A stretch of DNA of 64,000 nt from Acidimicrobiales bacterium (GTDB lineage Bacteria > Actinomycetota > Acidimicrobiia > Acidimicrobiales > RAAP-2), in assembly GCA_035533455.1 (NCBI GenBank), contig DATLTT010000028.1:17132-81131 (forward strand), in the 5' to 3' direction. A program made the position numbers and the translations under genes. Shown in pieces: positions 1-8,874 of this stretch (positions are counted from its first letter, which is position 1; each line of letters begins with the position of its first letter). Under the pieces are notes generated by a model, which was not told the origin of the DNA, made no database searches, and worked only from the letters and a program-made list of their open reading frames with translations.

Positions 1-881
1 GCGAACGATGAGATCTGTCCCGTGACGCGGTCGTCGAAGCGCGCGCCCAGAGAAATCAACAGGTCGGACTTTTGAATCGCCATCACCGCGCTGTACATGC
101 CGTGCATGCCGGGCATGCCGAGGTGTTGGTCGTGCGAATCGGGAAAAGCCCCTCGCGCCATCAACGTCGTGACGACGGGCATCTTGGTGCGTTCGGCGAA
201 GGTCAGGAGATCCTTGTGGGCCCGAGACTTGAGGGTCCCGCCACCCACGTAGAGCACCGGGCGCTCGGACTGACTGATGAGTTCGACCGCCTGCGCCACG
301 GCGTGTTGGTCGACCTCGATCTCGGGGTGATAGCCCGGCAGGTCCAACTCTTCGATCGACTCTGGGTACCACCACTCCATGGTCGACTGCGAGATGTCCT
401 TGGGTAGGTCGATCAACACCGGACCCGGACGCCCGGTCGTGGCGAGGTAGAACGCCGAAGCGACGACACGGGGGATCTCGTGGGCGGATTGAATCAGAAA
501 GTTGTGCTTGGTGATGCCCATGGTGATACCCGTGATGTCGCACTCCTGGAAGGCGTCCGAGCCGATCGAGGCGGTCGCGACCTGTCCGGTGATGACGACG
601 AGCGGCGTCGAGTCCATGTGCGCGTTGCCGATGGGCGTGACGATGTTGGTGGCGCCGGGACCACTCGTGACCATCGCGACGCCGGCCTTTCCAGTGGCGA
701 GCGCGTAGCCCTCCGCCATGTGACCGGCGCCCTGTTCGTGCCGCACGAGAATGTGACGGATCGAGGAGTCGAGGATGGGGTCGTACACGGGCAGAATTGC
801 CCCACCGGGCAGGCCGAAGATGGTGTCGACGCCCTCTTGTTCGAGACTCTTGATGAGTGCTTGCGCTCCGGTGAGTTGCAC
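1..881 (-). CDS. ilvB: acetolactate synthase large subunit, N-terminal part (3' end runs off the left edge)
   Basis: Absent from the ORF track. My minus-strand translation from GTG at 881-879 reads [101 protein letters not shown]. This is the canonical ThDP-enzyme N-terminus of IlvB. AAGGAG lies 4 nt upstream of the GTG. Confidence 0.9.
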   Translation of the reverse strand, partial: MQLTGAQALIKSLEQEGVDTIFGLPGGAILPVYDPILDSSIRHILVRHEQGAGHMAEGYALATGKAGVAMVTSGPGATNIVTPIGNAHMDSTPLVVITGQVATASIGSDAFQECDITGITMGITKHNFLIQSAHEIPRVVASAFYLATTGRPGPVLIDLPKDISQSTMEWWYPESIEELDLPGYHPEIEVDQHAVAQAVELISQSERPVLYVGGGTLKSRAHKDLLTFAERTKMPVVTTLMARGAFPDSHDQHLGMPGMHGMYSAVMAIQKSDLLISLGARFDDRVTGQISSF

Positions 882-905
882 AATGCTCCTTTTGGTGTCA
901 GATAA

Positions 906-937
906 GAAAAAAGGCCTCCCTTAAGTGGGAGGCCTCC
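906..937 (-). terminator. intrinsic terminator / ilvB attenuator hairpin
   Basis: On the minus strand: AGGCCUCCC, loop ACUUAA, GGGAGGCCU (9-bp perfect stem, 912-920 pairing with 927-935), followed by UUUUUUC. It lies 21 nt after the leader ORF stop and about 25 nt before the ilvB GTG. Confidence 0.8.
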
Positions 938-956
938 GGTGTACGTGTACGCGTGA

Positions 957-1007
957 CTACCGGCGCCGAGCGCCTACTACTACCAGAATCTCGAAATGCG
1001 TGGTCAC
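957..1007 (-). CDS. ilvB leader peptide MTTHFEILVVVGARRR (16 aa)
   Basis: Minus-strand sequence: GTG ACC ACG CAT TTC GAG ATT CTG GTA GTA GTA GGC GCT CGG CGC CGG TAG. It has five consecutive Ile/Leu/Val codons. An in-frame TAG lies 3 codons upstream of the GTG. It sits between the ilvD stop and the hairpin. GGAG is only 2 nt from the GTG, so the SD spacing is weak. Confidence 0.6.
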   Translation of the reverse strand: MTTHFEILVVVGARRR

Positions 1008-1048
1008 GTCTCCAGTCTAAACACAGATCGTCACGACGCGCCAGGTCC

Positions 1049-2728
1049 TTACCGCGTCGTGACCGCGCCCTTCTCGGCGCCCTGGGCCAGACGAGCGAAC
1101 TTTTCCAAGACTCCCGTGGCGTACCGAGGAGTAAACGGTGCCTTCACTTTTGCGCGTTCGACCAACTCCGCCTCGTCGACCAACAGTTCGATGGAGAGCG
1201 TGTTGACGTCGATGACGATCTGGTCGCCGTCGCGTACGAGGCCAATGGGTCCGCCGTCAAGCGCCTCGGGCGCGACGTGACCGACGCAGAAGCCGTGCGT
1301 GCCACCACTGAATCGCCCGTCAGTGACGAGGGCACAGTCCGCTCCCCGACCGACACCCTTCATGGCACCCGTGACGGCGAGCATCTCGCGCATGCCCGGG
1401 CCACCCTTAGGTCCCTCGTAACGGATGACCACGACCGTGTTCGGTTCGATCTCGTTGGCCATGATGGACGTCATCGCTTGGTCCTCGCCGTCGAAGACGC
1501 GGGCCGTTCCGCTGAAGCGAAGGTTGTCGATCCCCGCGACCTTCACGACCGCGCCCTTTGGCGCGAGTGAACCGCGAAGGACCGCGATGCCGCCTTGGAC
1601 GTGGATGGGATGCTCCATGTCGTGCACGACGTCGCCGTCGGGTTGCGGCGCCCGGTAGATCTCGAGATTCTCCGCCATCGTCCTTCCGCTTACCGTCATC
1701 ACGTCGCCGTGGAGGCGATCGTTCTCGAAGAGGTGCTGCAAGACGACTGGCAGTCCACCGATGCGGTCGAGGTCGCTCATGTGGTATTTGCCGTGGGGCT
1801 TCGTGTCGGCGATATGGGGCACGCGTTGGGCAATCTTGTTGAAGTCGTCGAGCTCGAGCTCGACGCGCGCCTCGTGGGCAATGGCGAGGAGGTGTAGCAC
1901 CGCGTTGGTCGAACCACCGAGTGCCATCACGACGGCGATCGCGTTCTCGAAGGCCTTCTTGGTCATGATCTGACGGGCGTTGATGCCCTGATCCAAGAGA
2001 TTGAGCACCGCCAGCCCCGAGTCGTAGGCGTACTGGTCGCGACGGTCGTCGATCGACGGCGCGGAAGCGCTGCCGAGCAGCGACATCCCGAGCGCTTCTC
2101 CGACGCTCGCCATGGTGTTGGCGGTGAACATGCCCGCGCAACTTCCCTCGCCGGGGCAGGCCGCGCACTCAATAGCTCTTAGTTCCTCGTCACTCATCGC
2201 GCCCACGGCGTTCGCGCCCACGGCCTCGAAGACCGACGTGATATCGAGAGACCGACCATCGAGGTGGCCAGGGAGAATTGTGCCGCCGTACAGGAACACG
2301 CTCGGCACGTCCAATCGAGCGGCGGCCATCAACATGCCCGGCAGCGACTTGTCACAACCCGCGAGCGTCACCATCGCGTCGAATCGTTCGGCGTGCATCA
2401 CCACTTCGACGGAGTCGGCGATGACTTCGCGTGAGACGAGCGACGCGTGCATTCCTTCGTGACCCATTGATATTCCGTCGGAGACGGAGATGGTCACGAA
2501 CTCAAAGGGCACGCCGCCGCCGTCTCGAATCGCGACCTTGGTTCGTTTCGCCAATCGATCGAGTGGGAGGTTGCAAGGTGTCACTTCGTTCCAACTCGAG
2601 GCGACGCCAATCTGCGCTTTGGTCATGTCGTCGTCGTTCAGGCCCATGGCTCGCAACATCGCGCGCGCGGGCGCGCGGCCGTTGCCCAGCGTGACGGCAG
2701 AACTTCGAGGCGTGGGGTGGTTCGTCAT
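1049..2728 (-). CDS. ilvD: dihydroxy-acid dehydratase
   Basis: Track ORF 1049..2734. Sequence [30 protein letters not shown]...[13 protein letters not shown]...[11 protein letters not shown]...CDKSLPG. This is a full-length IlvD/Edd family match. ATG at 2728 is preferred over the TTG at 2734. Confidence 0.95.
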   Translation of the reverse strand: MTNHPTPRSSAVTLGNGRAPARAMLRAMGLNDDDMTKAQIGVASSWNEVTPCNLPLDRLAKRTKVAIRDGGGVPFEFVTISVSDGISMGHEGMHASLVSREVIADSVEVVMHAERFDAMVTLAGCDKSLPGMLMAAARLDVPSVFLYGGTILPGHLDGRSLDITSVFEAVGANAVGAMSDEELRAIECAACPGEGSCAGMFTANTMASVGEALGMSLLGSASAPSIDDRRDQYAYDSGLAVLNLLDQGINARQIMTKKAFENAIAVVMALGGSTNAVLHLLAIAHEARVELELDDFNKIAQRVPHIADTKPHGKYHMSDLDRIGGLPVVLQHLFENDRLHGDVMTVSGRTMAENLEIYRAPQPDGDVVHDMEHPIHVQGGIAVLRGSLAPKGAVVKVAGIDNLRFSGTARVFDGEDQAMTSIMANEIEPNTVVVIRYEGPKGGPGMREMLAVTGAMKGVGRGADCALVTDGRFSGGTHGFCVGHVAPEALDGGPIGLVRDGDQIVIDVNTLSIELLVDEAELVERAKVKAPFTPRYATGVLEKFARLAQGAEKGAVTTR

Positions 2729-2868
2729 GGACAAAGTCTAAGAGCGAGCCCCAGGAGGTGGAAATGCCGCCCTTTCGCGTCGACGTTCAGCGCCAAGCGA
2801 GGTGCGCCGGGGGCTGGGTCATCGCCAGCGAACGGCTGGTGAAGCGACGACGACACGGCAGGCACCGC

Positions 2869-3153
2869 TCACGAATGAAAATCGTCCGCGTGGTGTCGCG
2901 TGGCCGTCACGCTGACGGTTCGTGCGTCATCGTCAATGAGGTAGAGGACCTGGTAGTCCCCGCGACGGGCCGAGTACGCGGGGGCCAACGACGCCTCAAG
3001 TGACGTGCCCACTCGATGGGGATCGTCGAGCAAGGCGCCGTTGATGAATTCGAGGGCGGCGGCGGCGGCCTTCTTCGTGAACTCGTTGGCGAGGGCGTTC
3101 GCCGCGGGCGCGGCGACGAGCAGCCGATACCGGGCCCTAATAGGGGTTGACAC
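2869..3153 (-). CDS. type II toxin, RelE/ParE family
   Basis: 94 aa. The C-terminus RRGDYQVLYLIDDDARTVSVTATRHHADDF matches the RelE/ParE pattern (R.G.YR.IY.ID....V.V..I.HR). It overlaps the upstream antitoxin ORF by 17 nt. Confidence 0.8.
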   Translation of the reverse strand: MSTPIRARYRLLVAAPAANALANEFTKKAAAAALEFINGALLDDPHRVGTSLEASLAPAYSARRGDYQVLYLIDDDARTVSVTATRHHADDFHS

Positions 3154-3433
3154 GCTGACCGGCCCGTTTGATGGCGAGGTCGAGTTGACCGGCGTTCAGG
3201 GTGTCGCCGTTGCTGAGCGCCCGCTGGCCCTCGGCGTGCGAGCGCAGGAGGTTGGTCACCGAAAGGACGGCGATGGTCTCGCGCATCGCGTCGTAGTCGT
3301 CGGCGCCGATGAGGACCGCGGCTCGGCGCCCGTTTTTCGTTATCTCGGTTCGTTCGTGCGTGGTACTGGCTTCGTCGATCAGCTTCGAGAGGTTCGCCCG
3401 GGCGTCCGCCACGGGAATGGTGTTCATGTACAT
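3137..3433 (-). CDS. type II antitoxin, Phd/YefM family
   Basis: The N-terminus MNTIPVADARANLSKLIDEASTTHERTEITKNGRRAAVLIGADDYDAM is the classic Phd/YefM fold signature. The real start is probably the ATG at 3427 (see the promoter feature). Confidence 0.85.
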   Translation of the reverse strand: MYMNTIPVADARANLSKLIDEASTTHERTEITKNGRRAAVLIGADDYDAMRETIAVLSVTNLLRSHAEGQRALSNGDTLNAGQLDLAIKRAGQRVNPY

Positions 3434-3434
3434 A

Positions 3435-3440
3435 ATTCTA
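3435..3440 (-). promoter_or_regulatory. candidate -10 box (TAGAAT) for a leaderless antitoxin-toxin transcript
   Basis: The minus strand reads cgcTAGAATtATGTACATGAAC. The A of the second ATG (3427) lies 7-8 nt after the hexamer, which is the usual TSS distance. No SD is present. Confidence 0.4.
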
Positions 3441-3499
3441 GCGTGAATTTGGAAAGGAGAATCGTCGGCCCCTTTGGGATGGAGCGAACTGACCTGACG

Positions 3500-4927
3500 T
3501 CAGCGTCGACGTTGCAACTCGGCGATCACCGCCTTGCCGTTGGCCTGGCCCTTGGTGAGTTTCATGACCTGACCAATGAAGAACTGCGCCAACTTCTCGT
3601 CGCCTTCTCGGTATCGAGCCCACTCGTCGGGGTGCTCGGTGATGAGCGCCGCCACCGTCTCACCGAGAGAGTCCGAAGAGAGTTGCTCGAAACCTTTCGC
3701 CCGGGCGACGCCACGAGGATCTCCACCGTGGGCCAAGATCTCCAACAAGACGGTCTTCGCCTGGGTCGCCGAGAGTTCACCACCTTGTTCCATCGTGAGC
3801 GTCACGATGAACGCGTCCGTCGTCAGATTGGCGATGTCGTCGATACCCGAAGCGAGTTCGTTCGCGGCACGCGCCAACGCCAGCGAAGGCTCGACGCCCG
3901 CGTCGATCGCGGCCAGCACGATGTCGTCGAAGCCGAGATCGACGACGACTTCCAAGGCGTCGAGCTGGGCGGACGTGGGATCTGTGAGTCGGGCCAACAG
4001 CGCGGCGCGCCGTGCCGCGGGCATGGGTCCCAGCTCGCCACGAATTCGCTCCTGCCAGGTGACGTCTGGAACGAGGTCCACGAGATCGGGTTCTCGAAAG
4101 TAGCGGTAGTCCTCAGCCTCTTCCTTGGTGCGCATGGTGGAGGTCTCACCGAGGCTCTCATCCCAGTGACGCGTCTCTTGACGGACCGTGGCGCCCCCTT
4201 CGATCAGTTCGACCTGACGCAGGGCCTCGTAGTCGATAGCGCGCTGCAGGCTTCGTAGCGAGTTCAGGTTCTTGATCTCGCAGCGAGTCCCGAGGGGATC
4301 GCCGGGTCGACGGACCGACACGTTCGCGTCGATGCGCATCGAGCCCTCTTCCATGCGACCATCGGACGCGCCCGTGGCTATCAAGATGCCGCGAAGCTCC
4401 GACGCGTACGCACGCGCCTGGGCGGAACTTCGAATGTCGGGACCTGAGACGATTTCCACCAGGGGAACACCAGAACGGTTGTAGTCAATGAGAGAGCGAT
4501 CCGCGCCATGGATGCGACCGGTGCCGCCGAGGTGCGTGGACTTGCCGGTGTCCTCTTCGAGGTGCGCGCGCTCGATGGAGACGCGAGAACCGTCCGGTAA
4601 GTCCAGGTGTCCCCCCGAGTTGATGGGCAGGTCGTACTGACTGATCTGAAAGTCCTTGGGCATGTCGGGATAGAAGTAGTTCTTGCGATGGAACGTCGAA
4701 GAGGCGATCGTCGAGTGGAGGGCGAAGCCAATGGCCATGGCCAGGTCCACCGCGCGCACGTTCAAGACGGGCAACGAGCCCGGAAGCCCCAGGCACACCG
4801 GACAGACGTTCGTGTTCGCCTCGGATCCAAATTCATTCGCGCACCCGCAGAACATCTTGGTCGTGGTCTTCAGCTCGGTGTGGACTTCGAGTCCGACCAC
4901 CATCTCCCACCCATCGCGTAGCGTCAC
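3500..4927 (-). CDS. gatB: Asp-tRNA(Asn)/Glu-tRNA(Gln) amidotransferase subunit B
   Basis: 475 aa. Sequence [23 protein letters not shown]...[16 protein letters not shown]..., with a full-length GatB pattern. It overlaps gatA by 4 nt. Confidence 0.95.
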   Translation of the reverse strand: MTLRDGWEMVVGLEVHTELKTTTKMFCGCANEFGSEANTNVCPVCLGLPGSLPVLNVRAVDLAMAIGFALHSTIASSTFHRKNYFYPDMPKDFQISQYDLPINSGGHLDLPDGSRVSIERAHLEEDTGKSTHLGGTGRIHGADRSLIDYNRSGVPLVEIVSGPDIRSSAQARAYASELRGILIATGASDGRMEEGSMRIDANVSVRRPGDPLGTRCEIKNLNSLRSLQRAIDYEALRQVELIEGGATVRQETRHWDESLGETSTMRTKEEAEDYRYFREPDLVDLVPDVTWQERIRGELGPMPAARRAALLARLTDPTSAQLDALEVVVDLGFDDIVLAAIDAGVEPSLALARAANELASGIDDIANLTTDAFIVTLTMEQGGELSATQAKTVLLEILAHGGDPRGVARAKGFEQLSSDSLGETVAALITEHPDEWARYREGDEKLAQFFIGQVMKLTKGQANGKAVIAELQRRR

Positions 4928-6348
4928 GATCGTTCGTCCGCGACCTCAAGGACGCGCGCCGCGGCGAAGAGTCGCGCCTCACTTCGTCCAGGTCCGAGCA
5001 GTTGCACGCCGATGGGTAGGCCCGCGCGCCCCACGCCAAAGGGCACCGAGATCGCAGCGTCACCGGCCAAGTTGGTGGGAATCGTGAAGACGTCGGAGAG
5101 GTACATCGCCATCGGGTCGGCCGTCTTCTCGCCAAGCGCGAACGCCACCGACGGTGTCGTCGCGCCGAGCAGCAGGTCGGTTTCGAGGTACGCGCGACGA
5201 AACGCGTCGATCAACTGGGTTCGTACCTTGAGGGCCTGGCCGTAGTAGGCGTCGTAGTAGCCCGCCGAGAGGGCGTACGTGCCGAGCATGATGCGACGCT
5301 TGACCTCCGCGCCAAAGCCAGCGGTACGCGTGGCTTCGTTCATCGCCGCGACGTCATCGCCGTCCACGCGCAGCCCGTAGCGCACGCCGTCGTAACGCGC
5401 CAGGTTGCTCGACGCCTCAGCCGGAGCGATGAGGTAGTACGCACTGAGCGTGAGATGGATCTCGGGGATCGACAACTCGACGATCGTCGCGCCCGCGTCG
5501 CGCAGCGCCGTGGCCGCGCGACCTACTTCAGCGACGACTTCGTCGTCAGCACCTTCGAAGAGTTCGCGCACCAGTCCGACCCGGCGACCCGCGACGCCGT
5601 CGTTCACGTGACGCACCAGCGACGGCGCCGGTTCCGGTAACGACGTCGAGTCCATCGGATCGTGACCCGCGATGACTTCGAGCAACGTGGCCGCGTCCGT
5701 GACGTTCTTCGCGAACGGCCCGATCTGATCGAGCGAACTGGCGAAGGCGATGAGTCCGTAGCGCGACACCAACCCGTAGGTCGGCTTCACACCGACGAGG
5801 CCACAGAGCGCGGCGGGTTGGCGAATCGAACCTCCCGTGTCCGAGCCGAGCGAGAGCGGCGTCATGTCAGCCGCCACCGCGCTGGCCGATCCTCCAGAGG
5901 AGCCTCCCGGCACTCGATCGACGTCGAGGGGGTTGCGGGTCGGACCGTAGGCCGACGTCTCGGTGGAAGAACCCATGGCGAACTCGTCCATGTTGGTCTT
6001 GCCCATCGGCACGGCCCCGGCGTCGAGGATGCGCCCGATGACCGTCGCACTGTAGGGTGGACGCCAACCCTGGAGGATCTTCGACCCGGCGGTCGTGGGT
6101 ACGCCCATCTGGCAGAGGTTGTCCTTCAACGCGATGGGAACCCCGGCGAGACTGCCGACCTCTTCGCCGCGCGCCACTCGTTCGTCGACGCGTCGTGCCG
6201 CGCCGAGGGCACCCTCTTCGTCCACGAAGAGGAAGACGTTGAGCTCGTCATTCCTCTCACGAATGGCCGCGAGCGACGACGCCGTCTCCCGCTCGGCCGT
6301 CGTCGCGCCGCTTCGAACGTCACGGGCAATGTCGAGGGCACTCCTCAC
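4924..6348 (-). CDS. gatA: Asp-tRNA(Asn)/Glu-tRNA(Gln) amidotransferase subunit A
   Basis: 474 aa. Amidase signature [13 protein letters not shown]...[13 protein letters not shown]. Confidence 0.95.
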   Translation of the reverse strand: MRSALDIARDVRSGATTAERETASSLAAIRERNDELNVFLFVDEEGALGAARRVDERVARGEEVGSLAGVPIALKDNLCQMGVPTTAGSKILQGWRPPYSATVIGRILDAGAVPMGKTNMDEFAMGSSTETSAYGPTRNPLDVDRVPGGSSGGSASAVAADMTPLSLGSDTGGSIRQPAALCGLVGVKPTYGLVSRYGLIAFASSLDQIGPFAKNVTDAATLLEVIAGHDPMDSTSLPEPAPSLVRHVNDGVAGRRVGLVRELFEGADDEVVAEVGRAATALRDAGATIVELSIPEIHLTLSAYYLIAPAEASSNLARYDGVRYGLRVDGDDVAAMNEATRTAGFGAEVKRRIMLGTYALSAGYYDAYYGQALKVRTQLIDAFRRAYLETDLLLGATTPSVAFALGEKTADPMAMYLSDVFTIPTNLAGDAAISVPFGVGRAGLPIGVQLLGPGRSEARLFAAARVLEVADERS

Positions 6349-6647
6349 GGTGCCTCGCCCATGATGCGCGGAACGGCGAAACGGCCGTCTCGGGCGTCGG
6401 GGGCCATCGCCAGAACGTCGTCGCGCGCGAGACTCGCGCGTCGCACGTCCTCACGCACGACGTTGATCAGACCGAAGGGGTGCGCCGTGGGGACGACGCC
6501 CTCAAGATCGAGCGCGGCGATGTCGTTGGCGTGTTCGAGAACTTGGCCGAGCTGAGCGGTGAACTCGTCGAGTTCGGCCTCACTCAGGGACAGGCGCGCG
6601 AGCTTGGCGACCTTGGCGACGTCCTCACGACGCAGCGGGGAGGTCAC
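6345..6647 (-). CDS. gatC: Asp-tRNA(Asn)/Glu-tRNA(Gln) amidotransferase subunit C
   Basis: 100 aa. Sequence [31 protein letters not shown]. It sits immediately upstream of gatA with a 4-nt overlap. Confidence 0.9.
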   Translation of the reverse strand: MTSPLRREDVAKVAKLARLSLSEAELDEFTAQLGQVLEHANDIAALDLEGVVPTAHPFGLINVVREDVRRASLARDDVLAMAPDARDGRFAVPRIMGEAP

Positions 6648-7396
6648 TAGAGCACCCGGGCAAGAAAGTCCAGCGTCAGCGACTCCACGAGCTCTTGGTC
6701 GTTGTCCAGCGTGGCCACGTGGTACGAGTTCTCGAGCCAGACCCGCTCGACGGGACCCGACACCATCGCCTCCACGTCGTCACCGTTGTCCGACGTCACG
6801 ACGTGGTCTTCGCGACTCGAGATCAAAAGAGTCGGCGCGCTGATGAGGTTCAGGTGCTCGTGCACCGCGACGACACCCTCGAAGAGACTCACCACGGGTA
6901 CGAGTGGCGTGGCGGCATAGGAACTTTCCATAACACCTTCGCGCTTGATGTCCGAGCCAATCGAGTCGATGGTCTCGACACCACTGTCGAGCAGGAGTTG
7001 GATTCCCTCGAGCATCTCGGGTCCCGGAGGCTTCACGAGGGGGTTGATCAAGACGCAACCGACGACCGACGCACGCACCTCGGCGACGTGCGCCGCCAGT
7101 CCCCCACCCATCGACAGGCCCACGACCGCCACGCGCTCGCAGCGCTCGGCGAGTTCGTCGAAGGACACCTCCGCGGTCGTCGACCAGTCGGCCCAGGTGG
7201 TCGAGATCAGGTCCTCCACCGTGGTGCCGTGTCCGGGAAGACGTGGGAGTTCAACGGCGTAGCCCGCCTGAGCCGCGCGTTCGGCGATCGAGCGCACCGA
7301 GGTGGGATTGCCGGTGAATCCGTGCAGTACCAGCACGCCCGACGGGCCACCCTGGTGAGAAAAGGGCTCACAGCCCGGCATAACTTCATCGGTCAT
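6647..7396 (-). CDS. alpha/beta hydrolase (carboxylesterase / lysophospholipase-like)
   Basis: Sequence MTDEVMPGCEPFSHQGGPSGVLVLHGFTGNPTSVRS...GLSMGG, with a GxSxG nucleophile elbow. ATG at 7396 with GGAGG upstream. The track ORF start at 7570 is over-extended. Confidence 0.8.
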   Translation of the reverse strand: MTDEVMPGCEPFSHQGGPSGVLVLHGFTGNPTSVRSIAERAAQAGYAVELPRLPGHGTTVEDLISTTWADWSTTAEVSFDELAERCERVAVVGLSMGGGLAAHVAEVRASVVGCVLINPLVKPPGPEMLEGIQLLLDSGVETIDSIGSDIKREGVMESSYAATPLVPVVSLFEGVVAVHEHLNLISAPTLLISSREDHVVTSDNGDDVEAMVSGPVERVWLENSYHVATLDNDQELVESLTLDFLARVL

Positions 7397-7647
7397 AGGC
7401 CTCCAGACTACCGGCAGATTTATACCGCCTTGGTGGGGCGACGCCGCGGCATCGCTCGGATGAACTTCGCGGCGTCGTGCCCCACGGCGCCCACGCTCGC
7501 TCCGATGACGAAGGACACGTGCGACGTCGCGAGCAGAAACGCGCCGGTGTTCGTGTGGCGAGGGCCCCACGCACGAGGTCGCTTCGCACGTTGAGGGATC
7601 GTCGGTGTTCTCGCGATCGAGGCGCGCCCGCGGGCGCTCGTCGTTCG

Positions 7648-8523
7648 CTAGTACAGCGTGGGCAGCTGCGCCGCGAGTTCACTCACCGACCAGCGATCGT
7701 CCTTCTCCAGTGTCGTGGTCATCGTCCAGTTCTGGAACTTGCGAACGGTGCCGCCTTGGACGAAGAACACCTGCCCGGTCGCGGCGCAGTCCTCCATGGC
7801 CAACGTCGCCACGAGGGGCGAGATGTTGGCCGGGTCCCACACGTCAAAGACCGCGGCGTCGGATGGCTTCACCACGTAGTCCGACAGACCCGGTGTCGAC
7901 TCGGTCATGCGCGTGCGCGCGGCGGGAGCGATGGCGTTCACGCGCACGCCGTAGCGTCCGAGTTCCTCGGCCGCGATGACGCTCAACGCCGCGATGCCGG
8001 CCTTGGCGGCACCGTAGTTGGACTGGCCGACGTTACCCAGGAGTCCCGAGGTGGACGAGGTGTTGATCACCGAGGCCCGTACGGGGTGACCGGCCTTGGC
8101 CCGTTCGCGCCAGTAGTTCGCCGCGTGGTGCAAGGGCACGAAGTGACCCTTCAAGTGCACGTTGATCACCGCATCCCAATCCGCTTCACTCAGATTCACG
8201 AGCACACGGTCGCGCAAGATACCCGCGTTGTTGACCAGGACGTGAAGCTCGCCGAACGCTTCGAGGGCGCTCTTCACCAATCGTTCCCCACCGTCCCACG
8301 TCGCGACGTTGTCGTGGTTCGCCAGCGCCTGACCACCCATCGCCTCGATCTCGGCGACGACCTCTTCGGCTGGCGTCGCCTCGCCCGCGGATCCGTCGAG
8401 CCCACCGCCAAGGTCGTTCACCACCACGTGGGCGCCCTCGGCGGCGAAGAGCAGGGCGTGTTCACGTCCGATGCCGCGACCAGCGCCGGTGATGATGGCG
8501 ACGCGACCGTCAAGCGCTCCCAT
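7648..8523 (-). CDS. SDR family oxidoreductase
   Basis: Sequence GRVAIITGAGRGIGREHALLFAAEGAHVVVND...NNAGI...SSTSG...YGAAKAG. It has the classical TGxxxGxG and YxxxK motifs. Confidence 0.9.
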   Translation of the reverse strand: MGALDGRVAIITGAGRGIGREHALLFAAEGAHVVVNDLGGGLDGSAGEATPAEEVVAEIEAMGGQALANHDNVATWDGGERLVKSALEAFGELHVLVNNAGILRDRVLVNLSEADWDAVINVHLKGHFVPLHHAANYWRERAKAGHPVRASVINTSSTSGLLGNVGQSNYGAAKAGIAALSVIAAEELGRYGVRVNAIAPAARTRMTESTPGLSDYVVKPSDAAVFDVWDPANISPLVATLAMEDCAATGQVFFVQGGTVRKFQNWTMTTTLEKDDRWSVSELAAQLPTLY

Positions 8524-8577
8524 ACTGCCTCCTCATAAAGGTGTGGTGCATCGAGTGTACCGACGAACGCTGTTCTC

Positions 8578-8874
8578 CTAGAGCTGGCCTCGTCGCCAAA
8601 AGTACGGGGGCCTCGCGTGCGCGTGGTAGTGGTCGGGAATGTTGCGCATGTGGTCGTCAATTGTCCAGGGCGTCGTGGCGAACTCCTCGTTGGCCACGTT
8701 GGCGAGGACCTCGTGGAGGTGTCGCTTGACCTCGGGCGACGGCACGGCGTCGTGTACGCGCCAGACGACCATGGGCACGAGGCAGATCTCGCAGTCACCG
8801 ATCCAACAAGTCTCGTCCTCGAAGTAACGCTTGGTGACAACGGCGGCCGCGCAGAGTTCGCAGCCCGCGCTCAT
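8578..8874 (-). CDS. small Cys/His-rich HIT-like protein (98 aa)
   Basis: This is the C-terminal part of track ORF 8578..9660. Sequence MSAGCELCAAAVVTKRYFEDETCWIGDCEICLVPMVVWRVH...DHYHAHARPP. It has an N-terminal CxxC and a histidine-triad-like HxHxH. Its ATG overlaps the upstream TGA (ATGA at 8871-8874). Confidence 0.6.
   Translation of the reverse strand: MSAGCELCAAAVVTKRYFEDETCWIGDCEICLVPMVVWRVHDAVPSPEVKRHLHEVLANVANEEFATTPWTIDDHMRNIPDHYHAHARPPYFWRRGQL

Noticed and set aside
3005-4258. 417-aa plus-strand ORF, together with many similar long ORFs such as 5662-6555, 7477-8538, 11964-12848, 15008-16105, 19646-20755 and 27366-29208.
   Set aside because: They lie antisense to genes with unmistakable homology (gatB, gatA, SDR, ligA, ALDH, ileS, ald). 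Their translations are Arg/Gly/Asp/His-rich low-complexity sequence with no motifs. This is the classic stop-codon-poor shadow frame of a high-GC genome.
7420-7647. The frame of the SDR gene stays open for 75 more codons after its TAG and encodes a hydrophobic stretch (AFLLATSHVSFVIGASVGAVGH), suggesting read-through or a small membrane gene.
   Set aside because: There is no start codon upstream of the hydrophobic part. The first usable start (GTG at 7518) would give only 32 aa. No SD is present. Stop-codon read-through of TAG is not an established mechanism here. An open shadow frame is expected at this GC content.
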